Notes: generated by a model from the letters alone, not told the origin. A DNA stretch of 32,000 nucleotides from Raphidiopsis brookii D9 (GCA_000175855.1 ACYB01000035.1:330001-362000); one strand, 5' to 3'; shown: positions 11,249 to 20,465, numbered from the stretch's first letter. Made by a program: numbers and translations.

Positions 11249-12742
11249 ATGAGTAGTATTACCTTTCAAGAACTAGGCATTTCCCCAGAACGTGCGACCC
11301 ATCTAGAAAACATGGGGTTTACCACACCGACCAACATCCAGTCCCAAGCTATTCCCCAATTATTAGCGGGAAGGGACGTGGTAGGTCAGTCTCAGACTGG
11401 TACGGGTAAAACAGCAGCTTTTTCCCTGCCTATATTAGAGAGACTAGATCCTAACAAGAGAGCAGTACAGGCTTTAGTGTTAACTCCCACTCGTGAATTA
11501 GCAATGCAAGTTCATGATGCCATTTCCCAGTTTATGGGTGATAGTGAGCTGCGAGTATTAGCCATTTATGGTGGTCAATCCATTGACCGACAAATGATCC
11601 AATTAAAACGGGGCGTACATGTAGTAGTGGGAACTCCAGGAAGGGTAATTGACCTCTTGGAACGAGGTAGTTTAAAACTTGACCAAGTGAAATGGTTTGT
11701 TTTAGACGAAGCGGATGAAATGTTAAGCATGGGATTTATTGATGATGTGATTAAAATTCTCTCCCAAGCACCCCAGGAGCGTCAAACTGCACTTTTTTCG
11801 GCTACCATGCCCCCCTCTATTCGCCAATTGGTGAATAAGTTTCTCAATTCTCCCGTCACAGTGACCGTGGAGCAACCCAAAGCTACACCTACTAAAATTA
11901 ATCAAGTAGCCTATTTAATACCCAGACACTGGACTAAGGCTAAGGCCCTACAACCAATTCTGGAGATGGAAGATCCGGAAACAGCCTTAATTTTCGTGCG
12001 TACTCGTCGTACTGCTGCGGAGCTGACAAATCAATTGCAGTCCGCTGGTCACAGTGTAGATGAATACCACGGAGATTTATCTCAACAAGCTAGGGAAAGA
12101 TTATTAACCCGGTTCCGCAATCGTCAAGTACGATGGGTAGTAGCAACGGATATTGCTGCGCGGGGATTAGATGTTGATCTACTTTCCCACGTGATTAACT
12201 TCGACCTACCAGATAGCGTAGAAACCTATGTTCACCGGATTGGGAGAACGGGACGTGCTGGTAAGGAAGGAACTGCAATATCACTGGTTCAACCCTTTGA
12301 AAGAAGAAAGCAGCAGGCTTTTGAACGTCATAATCGCCAAAACTGGCAAGTATTGTCAATTCCCACCAGAGCCCAAATCGAGGCTAAACATATTCAGAAG
12401 TTAAAAGAGCAGGTTTCGGAAGCTCTCGCTGGTGAAAGATTAGCCTCCTTCCTTCCCATAATTAGTGAATTGACGGAAAAATATGATGCTCAAGCTATTG
12501 CAGCAGCAGCTTTACAATTGGCTTATGACCAGACACGTCCTGCTTGGTTACAAAATGGAGTAGATATTCCTGTGGAAGAACCCACACCCAAGCCAAAAAT
12601 CAACAAACGACGTGAGAGTGGTGATGGTAATGGAGTAGGTCGTGGTCGTTCTTGGTCTAAATCTGATTATGGTGACGAGAGCAAACCCACACCCAAACCA
12701 AAATTGAGACGTCGGGAACCATCGGTTAGTCCCAGCAATTAG
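11249..12742 (+). CDS. DEAD-box ATP-dependent RNA helicase with a basic Gly/Arg/Lys-rich C-terminal tail
   Basis: Q-motif region, AQSQTGTGKT (motif I), VLDEADEML (DEAD), SAT and HRIGRTGRAG (motif VI). Confidence 0.92.
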   Translation: MSSITFQELGISPERATHLENMGFTTPTNIQSQAIPQLLAGRDVVGQSQTGTGKTAAFSLPILERLDPNKRAVQALVLTPTRELAMQVHDAISQFMGDSELRVLAIYGGQSIDRQMIQLKRGVHVVVGTPGRVIDLLERGSLKLDQVKWFVLDEADEMLSMGFIDDVIKILSQAPQERQTALFSATMPPSIRQLVNKFLNSPVTVTVEQPKATPTKINQVAYLIPRHWTKAKALQPILEMEDPETALIFVRTRRTAAELTNQLQSAGHSVDEYHGDLSQQARERLLTRFRNRQVRWVVATDIAARGLDVDLLSHVINFDLPDSVETYVHRIGRTGRAGKEGTAISLVQPFERRKQQAFERHNRQNWQVLSIPTRAQIEAKHIQKLKEQVSEALAGERLASFLPIISELTEKYDAQAIAAAALQLAYDQTRPAWLQNGVDIPVEEPTPKPKINKRRESGDGNGVGRGRSWSKSDYGDESKPTPKPKLRRREPSVSPSN

Positions 12743-12803
12743 GATCTTTTATTGGGGGAAGACTTTATGTATTGAGCGATCGCCCCCCATCATAAGCTTC
12801 CAA

Positions 12804-12846
12804 CAACTACTGTGCATCCTGTTTAGTAGTTGACAGCACTAGTGCT
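12804..12846. terminator. Two adjacent hairpin-forming elements between the convergent helicase and folA genes
   Basis: The 8-bp arms caactact (12804-12811) and agtagttg (12825-12832) are followed by the perfect 12-bp palindrome agcactagtgct (12835-12846). No clear U-tract is present. Confidence 0.3.
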
Positions 12847-12881
12847 AAATTTATTGACGTTCAATTTCTACAAACTTAAAC

Positions 12882-13352
12882 TTAAAACCATTTTCTTCTA
12901 ATTTTTCCTCTTTTGGTTAATTTGCCAAAATTGCTAAATTCAGGAAAATATATATCACCTTCAAAACTCCCTTCCACAATTGTTAAATATAGCTTGTGCG
13001 CAAGTTCCATAGTCTGAGTATAAATTTGTTCTCCACCAGCAATAAATATCTCTTCTGTTTCACACATTTTGCTCCATTTAATTGCTTCCTCCAAAGAATG
13101 GAAAACCACACATCCAGGCGCTTGATAGTCAGTGTTTTTAGTTACAATAAGATTAGTACGATTTGGTAATGGATGATTGAAGGTAGCATAGGTTTTACGA
13201 CCCATAATTACAGGATGTCGCCAGGTAATTTCTTTAAAATAACGTCCATCACTGGGAATATCCCAGGGAATACCCCCACGAATGTGTTCATTTTTGGAAT
13301 CAGCTAAAATACGATCTTGGGAAATGGCAGCTATAAGACTAATAAGAGTCAT
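12882..13352 (-). CDS. folA: Dihydrofolate reductase
   Basis: GGIPWDIPSDGRYFKEIT...HPVIMGRKTY and IFIAGGEQIY fit the DHFR signature regions. An AAGGAG Shine-Dalgarno sequence precedes the ATG. Confidence 0.85.
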   Translation of the reverse strand: MTLISLIAAISQDRILADSKNEHIRGGIPWDIPSDGRYFKEITWRHPVIMGRKTYATFNHPLPNRTNLIVTKNTDYQAPGCVVFHSLEEAIKWSKMCETEEIFIAGGEQIYTQTMELAHKLYLTIVEGSFEGDIYFPEFSNFGKLTKRGKIRRKWF

Positions 13353-13463
13353 GATGGATAATACTCCTTGTTAATTTGTTTATTTGCTCTACATACCTCC
13401 AACTTTTTTAGTAAGGGGGTGTTTGACAGGGGATAACTAGACAAAAGCTATATGTTAATTTTT

Positions 13464-14870
13464 CTAGTCTTTTTGAATCGCATAGCATAAGGTACCAATA
13501 AACCATCCTGAATGCTGAGGACTTTTGGCAATTTCCGATTGCATAGTTTCCGTTCTAACTTTTAGGGCGGTAAAAAATTCTTGTAAATTATAGGTTTTGG
13601 AACCATCTTCCTCTCCGGTTCTGGTTTGCCAATCCCATTCTTTCCACCAATTGGGAACCGCTAGGGAAGAATTAATTAGATCAAACTGTAACTTGTAAAT
13701 ACCTGGTTCAGATAATTTATCAGGTTGGATAACTGCTGCAAATTTTGCTTGATTTTCCTCGGGGAGAATTTGCCAATCCTTTAATTCTATGGATGAAATT
13801 ATTTCTGAATTGCTATCGACCTGTACAAAAGTCCTCTTAAATCTATCAAACTTTTCACCTTTTACCTGAGCTTTAATCGTACTTGGATCTAGCAGTAAAC
13901 TATATTCTGAATGGAGGAAACTCACACCATAGTTAATGGTTGAACTCTGCTTTAAAGAAGAACTCAATTTTAGCATTTCCTGGTTACTTTTACTAACCAC
14001 CACACCCCCATTAACTAGGGAAAAAGGTTCAGTAATACCCTGTGGTAAGGACATGGGTGTCGCATCTAAAACAGAGATTTTATCCAATATATGATCAGGA
14101 TGAAAAATCATGAACTTGCTGTTATCACTATTTAGCAAAGCCTGATTTGTATTGTATTTTTTCAGCTGACTGAAATAGTATTTAATATCGCCATAAGGTC
14201 CAACAAATAATACATAAAATGGACGAAACTTTGCCGATTCTTGACCTGTATTATAGTCAAAACTTCTTGGATTGTTACCCTCTAAATAAATCTTACCGTC
14301 AAATTCACTTTTAATAGCCCAAATTCCTACCGCATAATCTCGATTCTCAATATTATAATAAGTATTATTAATTAATTTATTTAGCTTGGTTACATCTCCA
14401 CTATTTTGCTGCAGATCAGTAATAATCACAGTCATTTTTTTCTGCTCCTTTTCCGGGGAAATAATAGCAGCATCTATGGGACTGGAAACTTCTGGAAACT
14501 GGTTACTACTGCCATCATAAAATGTGGTGGTAACTCCATAATTATAGTATTCACTACTGGTGATCTTTTGCATAGGGCTACCAATTCGATAATATTCAAC
14601 CGGCAATTTATCACTTAACTCAAATAAATTTCTGATTGACTTGAGAGTGCTAACGTAGTTGGTTTCTCCCCCTCTTACATATCCTAACATGGAGCCACTA
14701 CCATCCAAGTAAATGCTTACACTGAGGTTATTTGATTTACTAGTATTAGCATTCTCCGCTGGAGTATGGCCAAGTTCGCATTTCAACTCTTCTTTTTTGT
14801 TACAAGCCACTATAAAAAGACTAAGTAACAACATAATCAAGCCTTTGCGGAAGTATGCTTCATGTATCAT
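13464..14870 (-). CDS. Predicted lipoprotein with an N-terminal vWA-like (MIDAS) domain and a C-terminal region of unknown function
   Basis: Signal sequence with lipobox LFIVAC (Cys codon at 14802-14804). The DGSGS (DxSxS) motif is encoded at 14691-14705 and a later TVIITDLQQN strand fits a von Willebrand A fold. The gene is divergent from the 15055 operon. Confidence 0.6.
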   Translation of the reverse strand: MIHEAYFRKGLIMLLLSLFIVACNKKEELKCELGHTPAENANTSKSNNLSVSIYLDGSGSMLGYVRGGETNYVSTLKSIRNLFELSDKLPVEYYRIGSPMQKITSSEYYNYGVTTTFYDGSSNQFPEVSSPIDAAIISPEKEQKKMTVIITDLQQNSGDVTKLNKLINNTYYNIENRDYAVGIWAIKSEFDGKIYLEGNNPRSFDYNTGQESAKFRPFYVLFVGPYGDIKYYFSQLKKYNTNQALLNSDNSKFMIFHPDHILDKISVLDATPMSLPQGITEPFSLVNGGVVVSKSNQEMLKLSSSLKQSSTINYGVSFLHSEYSLLLDPSTIKAQVKGEKFDRFKRTFVQVDSNSEIISSIELKDWQILPEENQAKFAAVIQPDKLSEPGIYKLQFDLINSSLAVPNWWKEWDWQTRTGEEDGSKTYNLQEFFTALKVRTETMQSEIAKSPQHSGWFIGTLCYAIQKD

Positions 14871-14891
14871 TTTTAACTCCTATTTGTCAAA

Positions 14892-14919
14892 ATTATTTTA
14901 TTACTTATTATAAAATAAT
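14892..14919. promoter_or_regulatory. AT-rich inverted repeat in the divergent promoter region (candidate operator)
   Basis: The 10-bp arms attattttat (14892-14901) and ataaaataat (14910-14919) are separated by 8 nt. They lie between the divergently oriented genes starting at 14870 (minus) and 15055 (plus). Confidence 0.3.
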
Positions 14920-15054
14920 ATTAAGTAACTTTACCACCAGTTCTATTGCAAATCCAAGAGTAGTATGTTAGCATAAGGGGAAACAACCATACTGAGTTTC
15001 AACAAAACGAGAAAATATTACAATATAAAAAAATACAAAAAATAGGGAGGGTTA

Positions 15055-15525
15055 ATGAAGTCCTGGCAACAAAGGATTATTGCATTCGCTTTCATTGGTG
15101 GAATCGTGATGTTTTTAGGACAAAGGGTAGTCTATGAGAATCAAATTGTACCCATTCAGCAAGTGCCAGTAGACGCTTGGCTGGTTAGTGACTATACCAA
15201 TGCTGCTCTCGCCATGTTTTTTGCTTGTCTTGTTTCAACATTACTTTGGTGTGCATTGGCAGAAAAGAGTCGCTTCAATGATGGAGCCGCTACAGCTCGA
15301 TGGAGATTACTCTGGTGGTTATTGGGAATAATACCAATGGTGACCATTGCGATCGCGGTTTTTTACATTAATCGGAGTAGCGAAGCTCACTTTTCACTAA
15401 TGGCATTCTTTTTGCTGGATGCCATCTTACTGTACTGGTTACCAACAGCAACCAGCTCCCCTGAAGCAGTAAAATATGTTCCACCATTGGCCTTTTGGTT
15501 GCGTCATAAACTAATGGGAGACTGA
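15055..15525 (+). CDS. Small integral membrane protein (about 4 TM helices), first gene of the candidate operon
   Basis: A strong SD (GGGAGGG) lies 5 nt before the ATG. There are four hydrophobic segments. The stop is 6 nt before the next ATG. Confidence 0.7.
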   Translation: MKSWQQRIIAFAFIGGIVMFLGQRVVYENQIVPIQQVPVDAWLVSDYTNAALAMFFACLVSTLLWCALAEKSRFNDGAATARWRLLWWLLGIIPMVTIAIAVFYINRSSEAHFSLMAFFLLDAILLYWLPTATSSPEAVKYVPPLAFWLRHKLMGD

Positions 15526-15531
15526 GGAAAA

Positions 15532-16467
15532 ATGTCAATTTATGTGATTGGAATTGGTGGTACTGGGGCTAAATCTATTGAAGCAATAATTCAATTAACA
15601 GCTATTGGACTCTTTGGGGAACAATCTGTAAAGTTATTGTTTGTGGACACTGATGAAACCAATGGTAATGTTTCCAGAGCGTTGAATAGTTTAGACACTT
15701 ACAATAAATGTTATGAGCTAGGACTAAATGGTAAATACCCGTGGATGCGCACAGAGATTGAACCCTTCCCCCTATGGTCACCATTCGCCGATAATCTTAC
15801 TAACAAAAACCTGGCAGTTATTTTTAACTACAATCTGGTCAAAGAAAATGATGCAGCTCTGGGTAATTTATTTGATGTACTTTATACATCAAAAGAGCGA
15901 GAAGCCAACTTGGACGTGGGTTTTAGGGGGAGACCTAACATTGGTGCGGCGGTGATGAGCCAAGTAAAAATGGATACTATTGATAATGATTTTTGGGGAA
16001 GTTTGATGGGTAAAATTCAGCAAGATACGGGAGGAGGAAAGCGACCAAAAATCTTTTTATGTGGTTCAATTTTTGGGGGAACAGGAGCTTCAGGACTGCC
16101 AACCATTGGGAGATTAATTCATAATAGATTGGAAACACTAAAAATTAGGGAGAAAGTGGATTTAGGGTGTCTATTTGTCTTGCCTTATTTTAGCTTTACA
16201 CCTGATGAGAATTCAGAGGAAGTTTACGCCCGTTCTGAACAGTTTCTTTTAAACACAGAGGCGGCACTCCGTTATTATGGCAGTCAGCCCCAGGAAATAT
16301 TTGACGTGGTTTATTTATTGGGTAATCAGCAATTATCCACGGTCAAAAAGTTCAGTATTGGCAAAAATACCCAGTGTAATGATCCTCATTTTATTGAACT
16401 TTATGCCGCGTTAGCAGCGCGACAGTTTTCATTAAAAACTACCCCGGGACAAAAACGGTGGTATTAA
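15532..16467 (+). CDS. Tubulin/FtsZ-superfamily GTPase-domain protein (311 aa)
   Basis: Motif order matches FtsZ loops T1-T5: IYVIGIGGTGAKS (T1), FVDTDETNG, GFRGRPNIGAAV (T3-like), FLCGSIFGGTGASGLPTIGRLI (T4 signature region, nt 16075-16095) and FVLPYFSF (T5-like). A GAGGA Shine-Dalgarno sequence is present. Confidence 0.7.
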   Translation: MSIYVIGIGGTGAKSIEAIIQLTAIGLFGEQSVKLLFVDTDETNGNVSRALNSLDTYNKCYELGLNGKYPWMRTEIEPFPLWSPFADNLTNKNLAVIFNYNLVKENDAALGNLFDVLYTSKEREANLDVGFRGRPNIGAAVMSQVKMDTIDNDFWGSLMGKIQQDTGGGKRPKIFLCGSIFGGTGASGLPTIGRLIHNRLETLKIREKVDLGCLFVLPYFSFTPDENSEEVYARSEQFLLNTEAALRYYGSQPQEIFDVVYLLGNQQLSTVKKFSIGKNTQCNDPHFIELYAALAARQFSLKTTPGQKRWY

Positions 16468-17039
16468 TGAATAGAGAAAATTCAAGAAACCTAACCTGGA
16501 AGGATATTCCAGATATGCAGGAAGTTTATCCAGAAATTGTAAATGCTACTCGTTTTGCCCTGGTTTGGTTATCTAATATTGCCCCGGAATTAGAACAGGC
16601 TAAAAAGATGGGTGAAAAAGTTTTTAGAACTGGTGCTGGTAGAAGTTGGTTTGTTAAATTTTTCCCAGCTTCCAGAGGGATTTTAGGAGGAGGTAGTCAA
16701 CCAATCGTTGATTTCAACAACATTAAAGAACAAGAGGCAATACAAATAATTAGCAATTGGTGTAACGACTATTTACGCTGGCTATGGAGTATTCATCAGT
16801 GTCAGGAAGAGAGTATTCAATTATTTAATGGAGATTATCTAAATACAGGAAATCTCAATGCCGAAAATCTAGCCAATTTAATTATTGAACAAACCGATAG
16901 TCGAGATAGAAACAAAAAGTCCCTGGATACAATTCAGAAACTTAAAGAAAGATTAGATCCTCAATCTATACCTGCGCCCAATTTTGGGGTTATTGGGCTT
17001 GCTAAATCTTTGTATCATGTTTGTAGGTTAACAGACTAA
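16467..17039 (+). CDS. Hypothetical protein (190 aa), translationally coupled to the tubulin-like gene
   Basis: The ATG overlaps the upstream TAA (TAATG at 16465-16469). The track's GTG at 16458 is an alternative start. No motif was recognised. Confidence 0.55.
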   Translation: MNRENSRNLTWKDIPDMQEVYPEIVNATRFALVWLSNIAPELEQAKKMGEKVFRTGAGRSWFVKFFPASRGILGGGSQPIVDFNNIKEQEAIQIISNWCNDYLRWLWSIHQCQEESIQLFNGDYLNTGNLNAENLANLIIEQTDSRDRNKKSLDTIQKLKERLDPQSIPAPNFGVIGLAKSLYHVCRLTD

Positions 17040-17089
17040 GAAATACTTGATTGAAAATTGGTGAATTAAAAAAGCAAGGGAAACTATAT

Positions 17090-17545
17090 ATGACAAGTTT
17101 ATTGTTACCAAGACTCAAAGATGATTGCGATGTTAAATCTGGAGTTGCTGGTGTGTGGGATGCTCAAGCACCAAATACCTTTAATCAAGTTGCTTCCAGT
17201 TTGGATTACAAAGCACCGGGAGAAATCAAAAATATCAGCTCTGTCCCCACTATTTGGGCCCGTCCTTTATCAGTAGAAATGGCATTGCATAATGATAAGT
17301 ATCCAATTCGAGAACAAATCATTGTTCAGTGGCAAGGAATGTTAACGGTTTTAGCCTTAGCAGAAGTGCGCGGGTTCCCCATTAAAGCCCAACTTTTGGA
17401 ATTAGGAGCTAAAAAGGATACTGACAATTTTGCTCGTTCTTTATATGAACTGTTACCAGATGATGGCAATAGTATTTACAAATTCAGTAATAACAAAAAT
17501 CCTTGGGAAGATTTATATATTTTACCTGGGATAATTCTCCCGTAG
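17090..17545 (+). CDS. Hypothetical protein (151 aa); possibly the N-terminal part of the following large protein
   Basis: ATG at 17090 (TTG at 17051 in the track). The ORF ends at the TAG at 17543-17545 and overlaps the upstream-open frame of the next ORF. Confidence 0.5.
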   Translation: MTSLLLPRLKDDCDVKSGVAGVWDAQAPNTFNQVASSLDYKAPGEIKNISSVPTIWARPLSVEMALHNDKYPIREQIIVQWQGMLTVLALAEVRGFPIKAQLLELGAKKDTDNFARSLYELLPDDGNSIYKFSNNKNPWEDLYILPGIILP

Positions 17546-17547
17546 GA

Positions 17548-20337
17548 ATGACTTCTCCAAGCACCTTAGTTGTTCCCGCTGAAGAAGGTATTTGGAATGG
17601 TTTACCTTGGTGGAATTCTACTAAAATGAGGTTTGAACCAGTACATAAATATTTAAATGATATTGAAAAAGCCCAGCTAGTATTTTGGTTAGATAACCTA
17701 AAAACAGAAATTGGGAAGCACCAAGGTAATGCTAGAGCGGTAAACACTATAGTTGGGTTAATCAATGATTTTATTGGCAGTTTGTCAGTGGAATCTTTAC
17801 CCGATTTTCAATTGACAAGCAATACAACATTTTTTGATGTCCCCTTAAATAGGGGAGCTTTAGCTGGCATGAATCTTCCTGTGAAGGTTCAATGGAGAGA
17901 ATCTAATGTGCGGGTAATTCCCAGCATGAATAAAGCTAATGTTAGACCACTATTAATTGTGGATAAAGAGATAGCGACAAGCTGGAATGAGGTATTACAA
18001 AACATTTGGGTTCACGAGGGAAAAACCTTAGCAGCTTTGCGTCCTGAAGATATAGAAAGATGGAATAAAACTAAGGAAGTAATTTGCCTAGCATCACAGG
18101 ATTTATTCCTACCTGAATTAAAATTTATAGATAAAGAAGGCATTTTACCCGGTGCTTTGCTTCCTGATGGCGGACATTCCTTAGTATTTAAAGGTCAGCA
18201 TATTACGCCTTTAATTCCCATCAATCCAATTTTATTTAGCTATTTCACACCAGAAGATTTAGCCACGAAAATTATCAAGCTTCAACTAACTAGAAATAAT
18301 TCCGGTACATCCCTGGTTAGAGTAACTTTGTCTATCCCTTTATACGGAGTAAAACAAGGGCAAGGTTCCCAGAATTTTTATGTTTACAAAGAATACCCTC
18401 TCTTGGAAGAAAATATCATTACAGAAGTGCCAGTTTTGGAAATATGGCCGGATTTCCGTGTAGAGGGATGGCAAGAATATTATGGCTTTTACTATGATGC
18501 TGCTTTGGGGGAAGACACCTTTCAAGTCAGTTTTCCTGCTGCCAAAAACACGCATAGTTTTAAAGAAGGACGGGATGCTTATCAAGTAGTTCATTTAGAA
18601 GAGTTTCCATCTTTTATTGACTGTAAAGATATCCATAAAAATACCATTGGTCTGATTTTGCTATCAACTCCAGAACAAATTAACCTAGATGGTAAATGGG
18701 TCGTTGGTGTTGACTTTGGCACATCTTTTACCAACATTTACGTCAATAAAAATAGTAGAGTTGTGGAACGTCTGGGACGAGAAAATCTCCACCGTAAAGT
18801 TACAGATGTTGCTATTGATACTAGATTCCCTAGCCTGTTTGAATTTTTCATTCCCGAAAGCTTTATTCCTGTGGATAAGCCTTTTCCCCTATCGACGGTA
18901 TTAACAACTAGGGGGAAAACTAATGCTAGGGAAGAACAAGTAAGTCCAATTTTTGATGGGCGCATTTATAGTCCTAACCTTAAAGGTTTTTCTCCCCAAG
19001 AAACATGGATAAAAACCAACTTAAAGTGGTCAACTACTAATCTTACAGATAATGAATTATTCCTCAAACACTTGGCGTTACATATTACAGCTCTAGCTGC
19101 TAGTAATGGCGTAAAAGAAATTCAATGGTCTTTATCATTTCCCTCAGCCTTCTCCTCGAGAGAACAAAATAGATACGCCTCAACGTGGAAAAGATTATTG
19201 TCTAAATTAGACCAAACTACAGGAATTAGCCATGTTATTCCAGAAAAAGATGATCCTAATTATTTTCGGACTGAAAGTATAGCATTTGCCCAATACTTTG
19301 CTGAACAAGAAAAAGGGTGTGATTTAGTTGGCAGTACCTGTATTGATATGGGTGGTGGTACTGCGGATATTTCTATCTGGGAAGATGATAAACTCCTACA
19401 TCAGTGTTCGATTTTGTTAGCGGGTAGTGAACTGTTTTCCCAGTTCATAGAAATGAAACCTAACTTTTTGAAAAAACTGGATCCTGATATTAAAGATATT
19501 AATGTTTGGGAAAGGCTAAGAGGTGCGGCTTTTAATGCTAAATTAGATGTGTGGATGCGTTTAGAGGCAGCAAATTGGTTAGAAAATAAAAGGGATAGAT
19601 TTGAGGAGGATAAGGAATTTCAAGGTCTAATCCGTCTTATGGCAATTGGTATTGCTGGATTATATTTCTATATAGGTCAAATTCTCTTTGTTCTCTCTCA
19701 AGAGGGAAAATATTCAAGAGATGAAATTACCCGAGTTTATATTGGTGGGAATGGTTCCCGTTTATTACACTGGTTAGCAGAAGGTGGTGAATTTACTCGT
19801 CACTCAGAAATCAATGGTTTATTTAATCAAATGATGACTGTATCTGCCAAATTAGCAGACACGGAGGAACCTACACGTCTGAGTCAAAACCCTAAAGATG
19901 AAGCTGCTTGCGGTTTAGTTTTAAGAACAAGAGAATTAGAAGGTTTGGGTAAAAAGGATAAGGATCCCATTATTGCTGGTGAAGATTGTATTATCAGTGG
20001 TGAAAGGTTTGGTTACCAAGAACGGTTAGATTTTAGAGGTAACAGTGTTACCCAATATGAAATTCCATCCCTAGGTCAATTGAAGTTGTTTTTAGATGCT
20101 TTTCACATCGGTTTAGATGATTTGGGTATTGAAACCATAAAGCCATTAGAAAAATACCGGGTTAAAGACCCAGGTTCAGAATATAATGTGAAATTGTGGC
20201 GTGCAACAGAAAGGGATTTGAGAAATTCTCTTAATGCTATCCAGGGTAATATTGAAGACATTAGAGAAGAACCCCCTTTTATAATGGCATTAAAAGCACT
20301 TCTAAGAGTCCTAGGTAGAGAATGGGCTGGGAAATAA
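17548..20337 (+). CDS. Large protein: N-terminal ~390 aa unknown region plus a C-terminal Hsp70/actin-fold (ASKHA) ATPase domain
   Basis: Phosphate-1 WVVGVDFGTSFTNIY (nt 18703-18741), WSLSFPSAFSSREQNRY (compare Hsp70 ITVPAYFND), ESIAFAQYF, phosphate-2 CIDMGGGTADISIW (nt 19339-19380), LAGSELFSQF, and adenosine motif VYIGGNGSRLL (nt 19735-19767). The ATG at 17548 is 2 nt after the upstream TAG, and the frame is open from 17503. Confidence 0.75.
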   Translation: MTSPSTLVVPAEEGIWNGLPWWNSTKMRFEPVHKYLNDIEKAQLVFWLDNLKTEIGKHQGNARAVNTIVGLINDFIGSLSVESLPDFQLTSNTTFFDVPLNRGALAGMNLPVKVQWRESNVRVIPSMNKANVRPLLIVDKEIATSWNEVLQNIWVHEGKTLAALRPEDIERWNKTKEVICLASQDLFLPELKFIDKEGILPGALLPDGGHSLVFKGQHITPLIPINPILFSYFTPEDLATKIIKLQLTRNNSGTSLVRVTLSIPLYGVKQGQGSQNFYVYKEYPLLEENIITEVPVLEIWPDFRVEGWQEYYGFYYDAALGEDTFQVSFPAAKNTHSFKEGRDAYQVVHLEEFPSFIDCKDIHKNTIGLILLSTPEQINLDGKWVVGVDFGTSFTNIYVNKNSRVVERLGRENLHRKVTDVAIDTRFPSLFEFFIPESFIPVDKPFPLSTVLTTRGKTNAREEQVSPIFDGRIYSPNLKGFSPQETWIKTNLKWSTTNLTDNELFLKHLALHITALAASNGVKEIQWSLSFPSAFSSREQNRYASTWKRLLSKLDQTTGISHVIPEKDDPNYFRTESIAFAQYFAEQEKGCDLVGSTCIDMGGGTADISIWEDDKLLHQCSILLAGSELFSQFIEMKPNFLKKLDPDIKDINVWERLRGAAFNAKLDVWMRLEAANWLENKRDRFEEDKEFQGLIRLMAIGIAGLYFYIGQILFVLSQEGKYSRDEITRVYIGGNGSRLLHWLAEGGEFTRHSEINGLFNQMMTVSAKLADTEEPTRLSQNPKDEAACGLVLRTRELEGLGKKDKDPIIAGEDCIISGERFGYQERLDFRGNSVTQYEIPSLGQLKLFLDAFHIGLDDLGIETIKPLEKYRVKDPGSEYNVKLWRATERDLRNSLNAIQGNIEDIREEPPFIMALKALLRVLGREWAGK

Positions 20338-20465
20338 ATTAGATGTTACCTGGAGGCTTTAATTTTATTAAAGCGCCATTGATAAATAGACTTAACTAAA
20401 TTGAGTAAATCCAATTGCTCGCTTACTTCCTTAAACCTATCCCTTGCTGAAGTTAGAGGTTGAAA

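Noticed and set aside
17503-17548. Programmed -1 ribosomal frameshift joining ORFs 17051 and 17503
   Set aside because: I saw no canonical slippery heptamer or obvious downstream pseudoknot. A 1-nt homopolymer error or two coupled genes (TAG-GA-ATG) are simpler explanations. I kept it only as an item to check.
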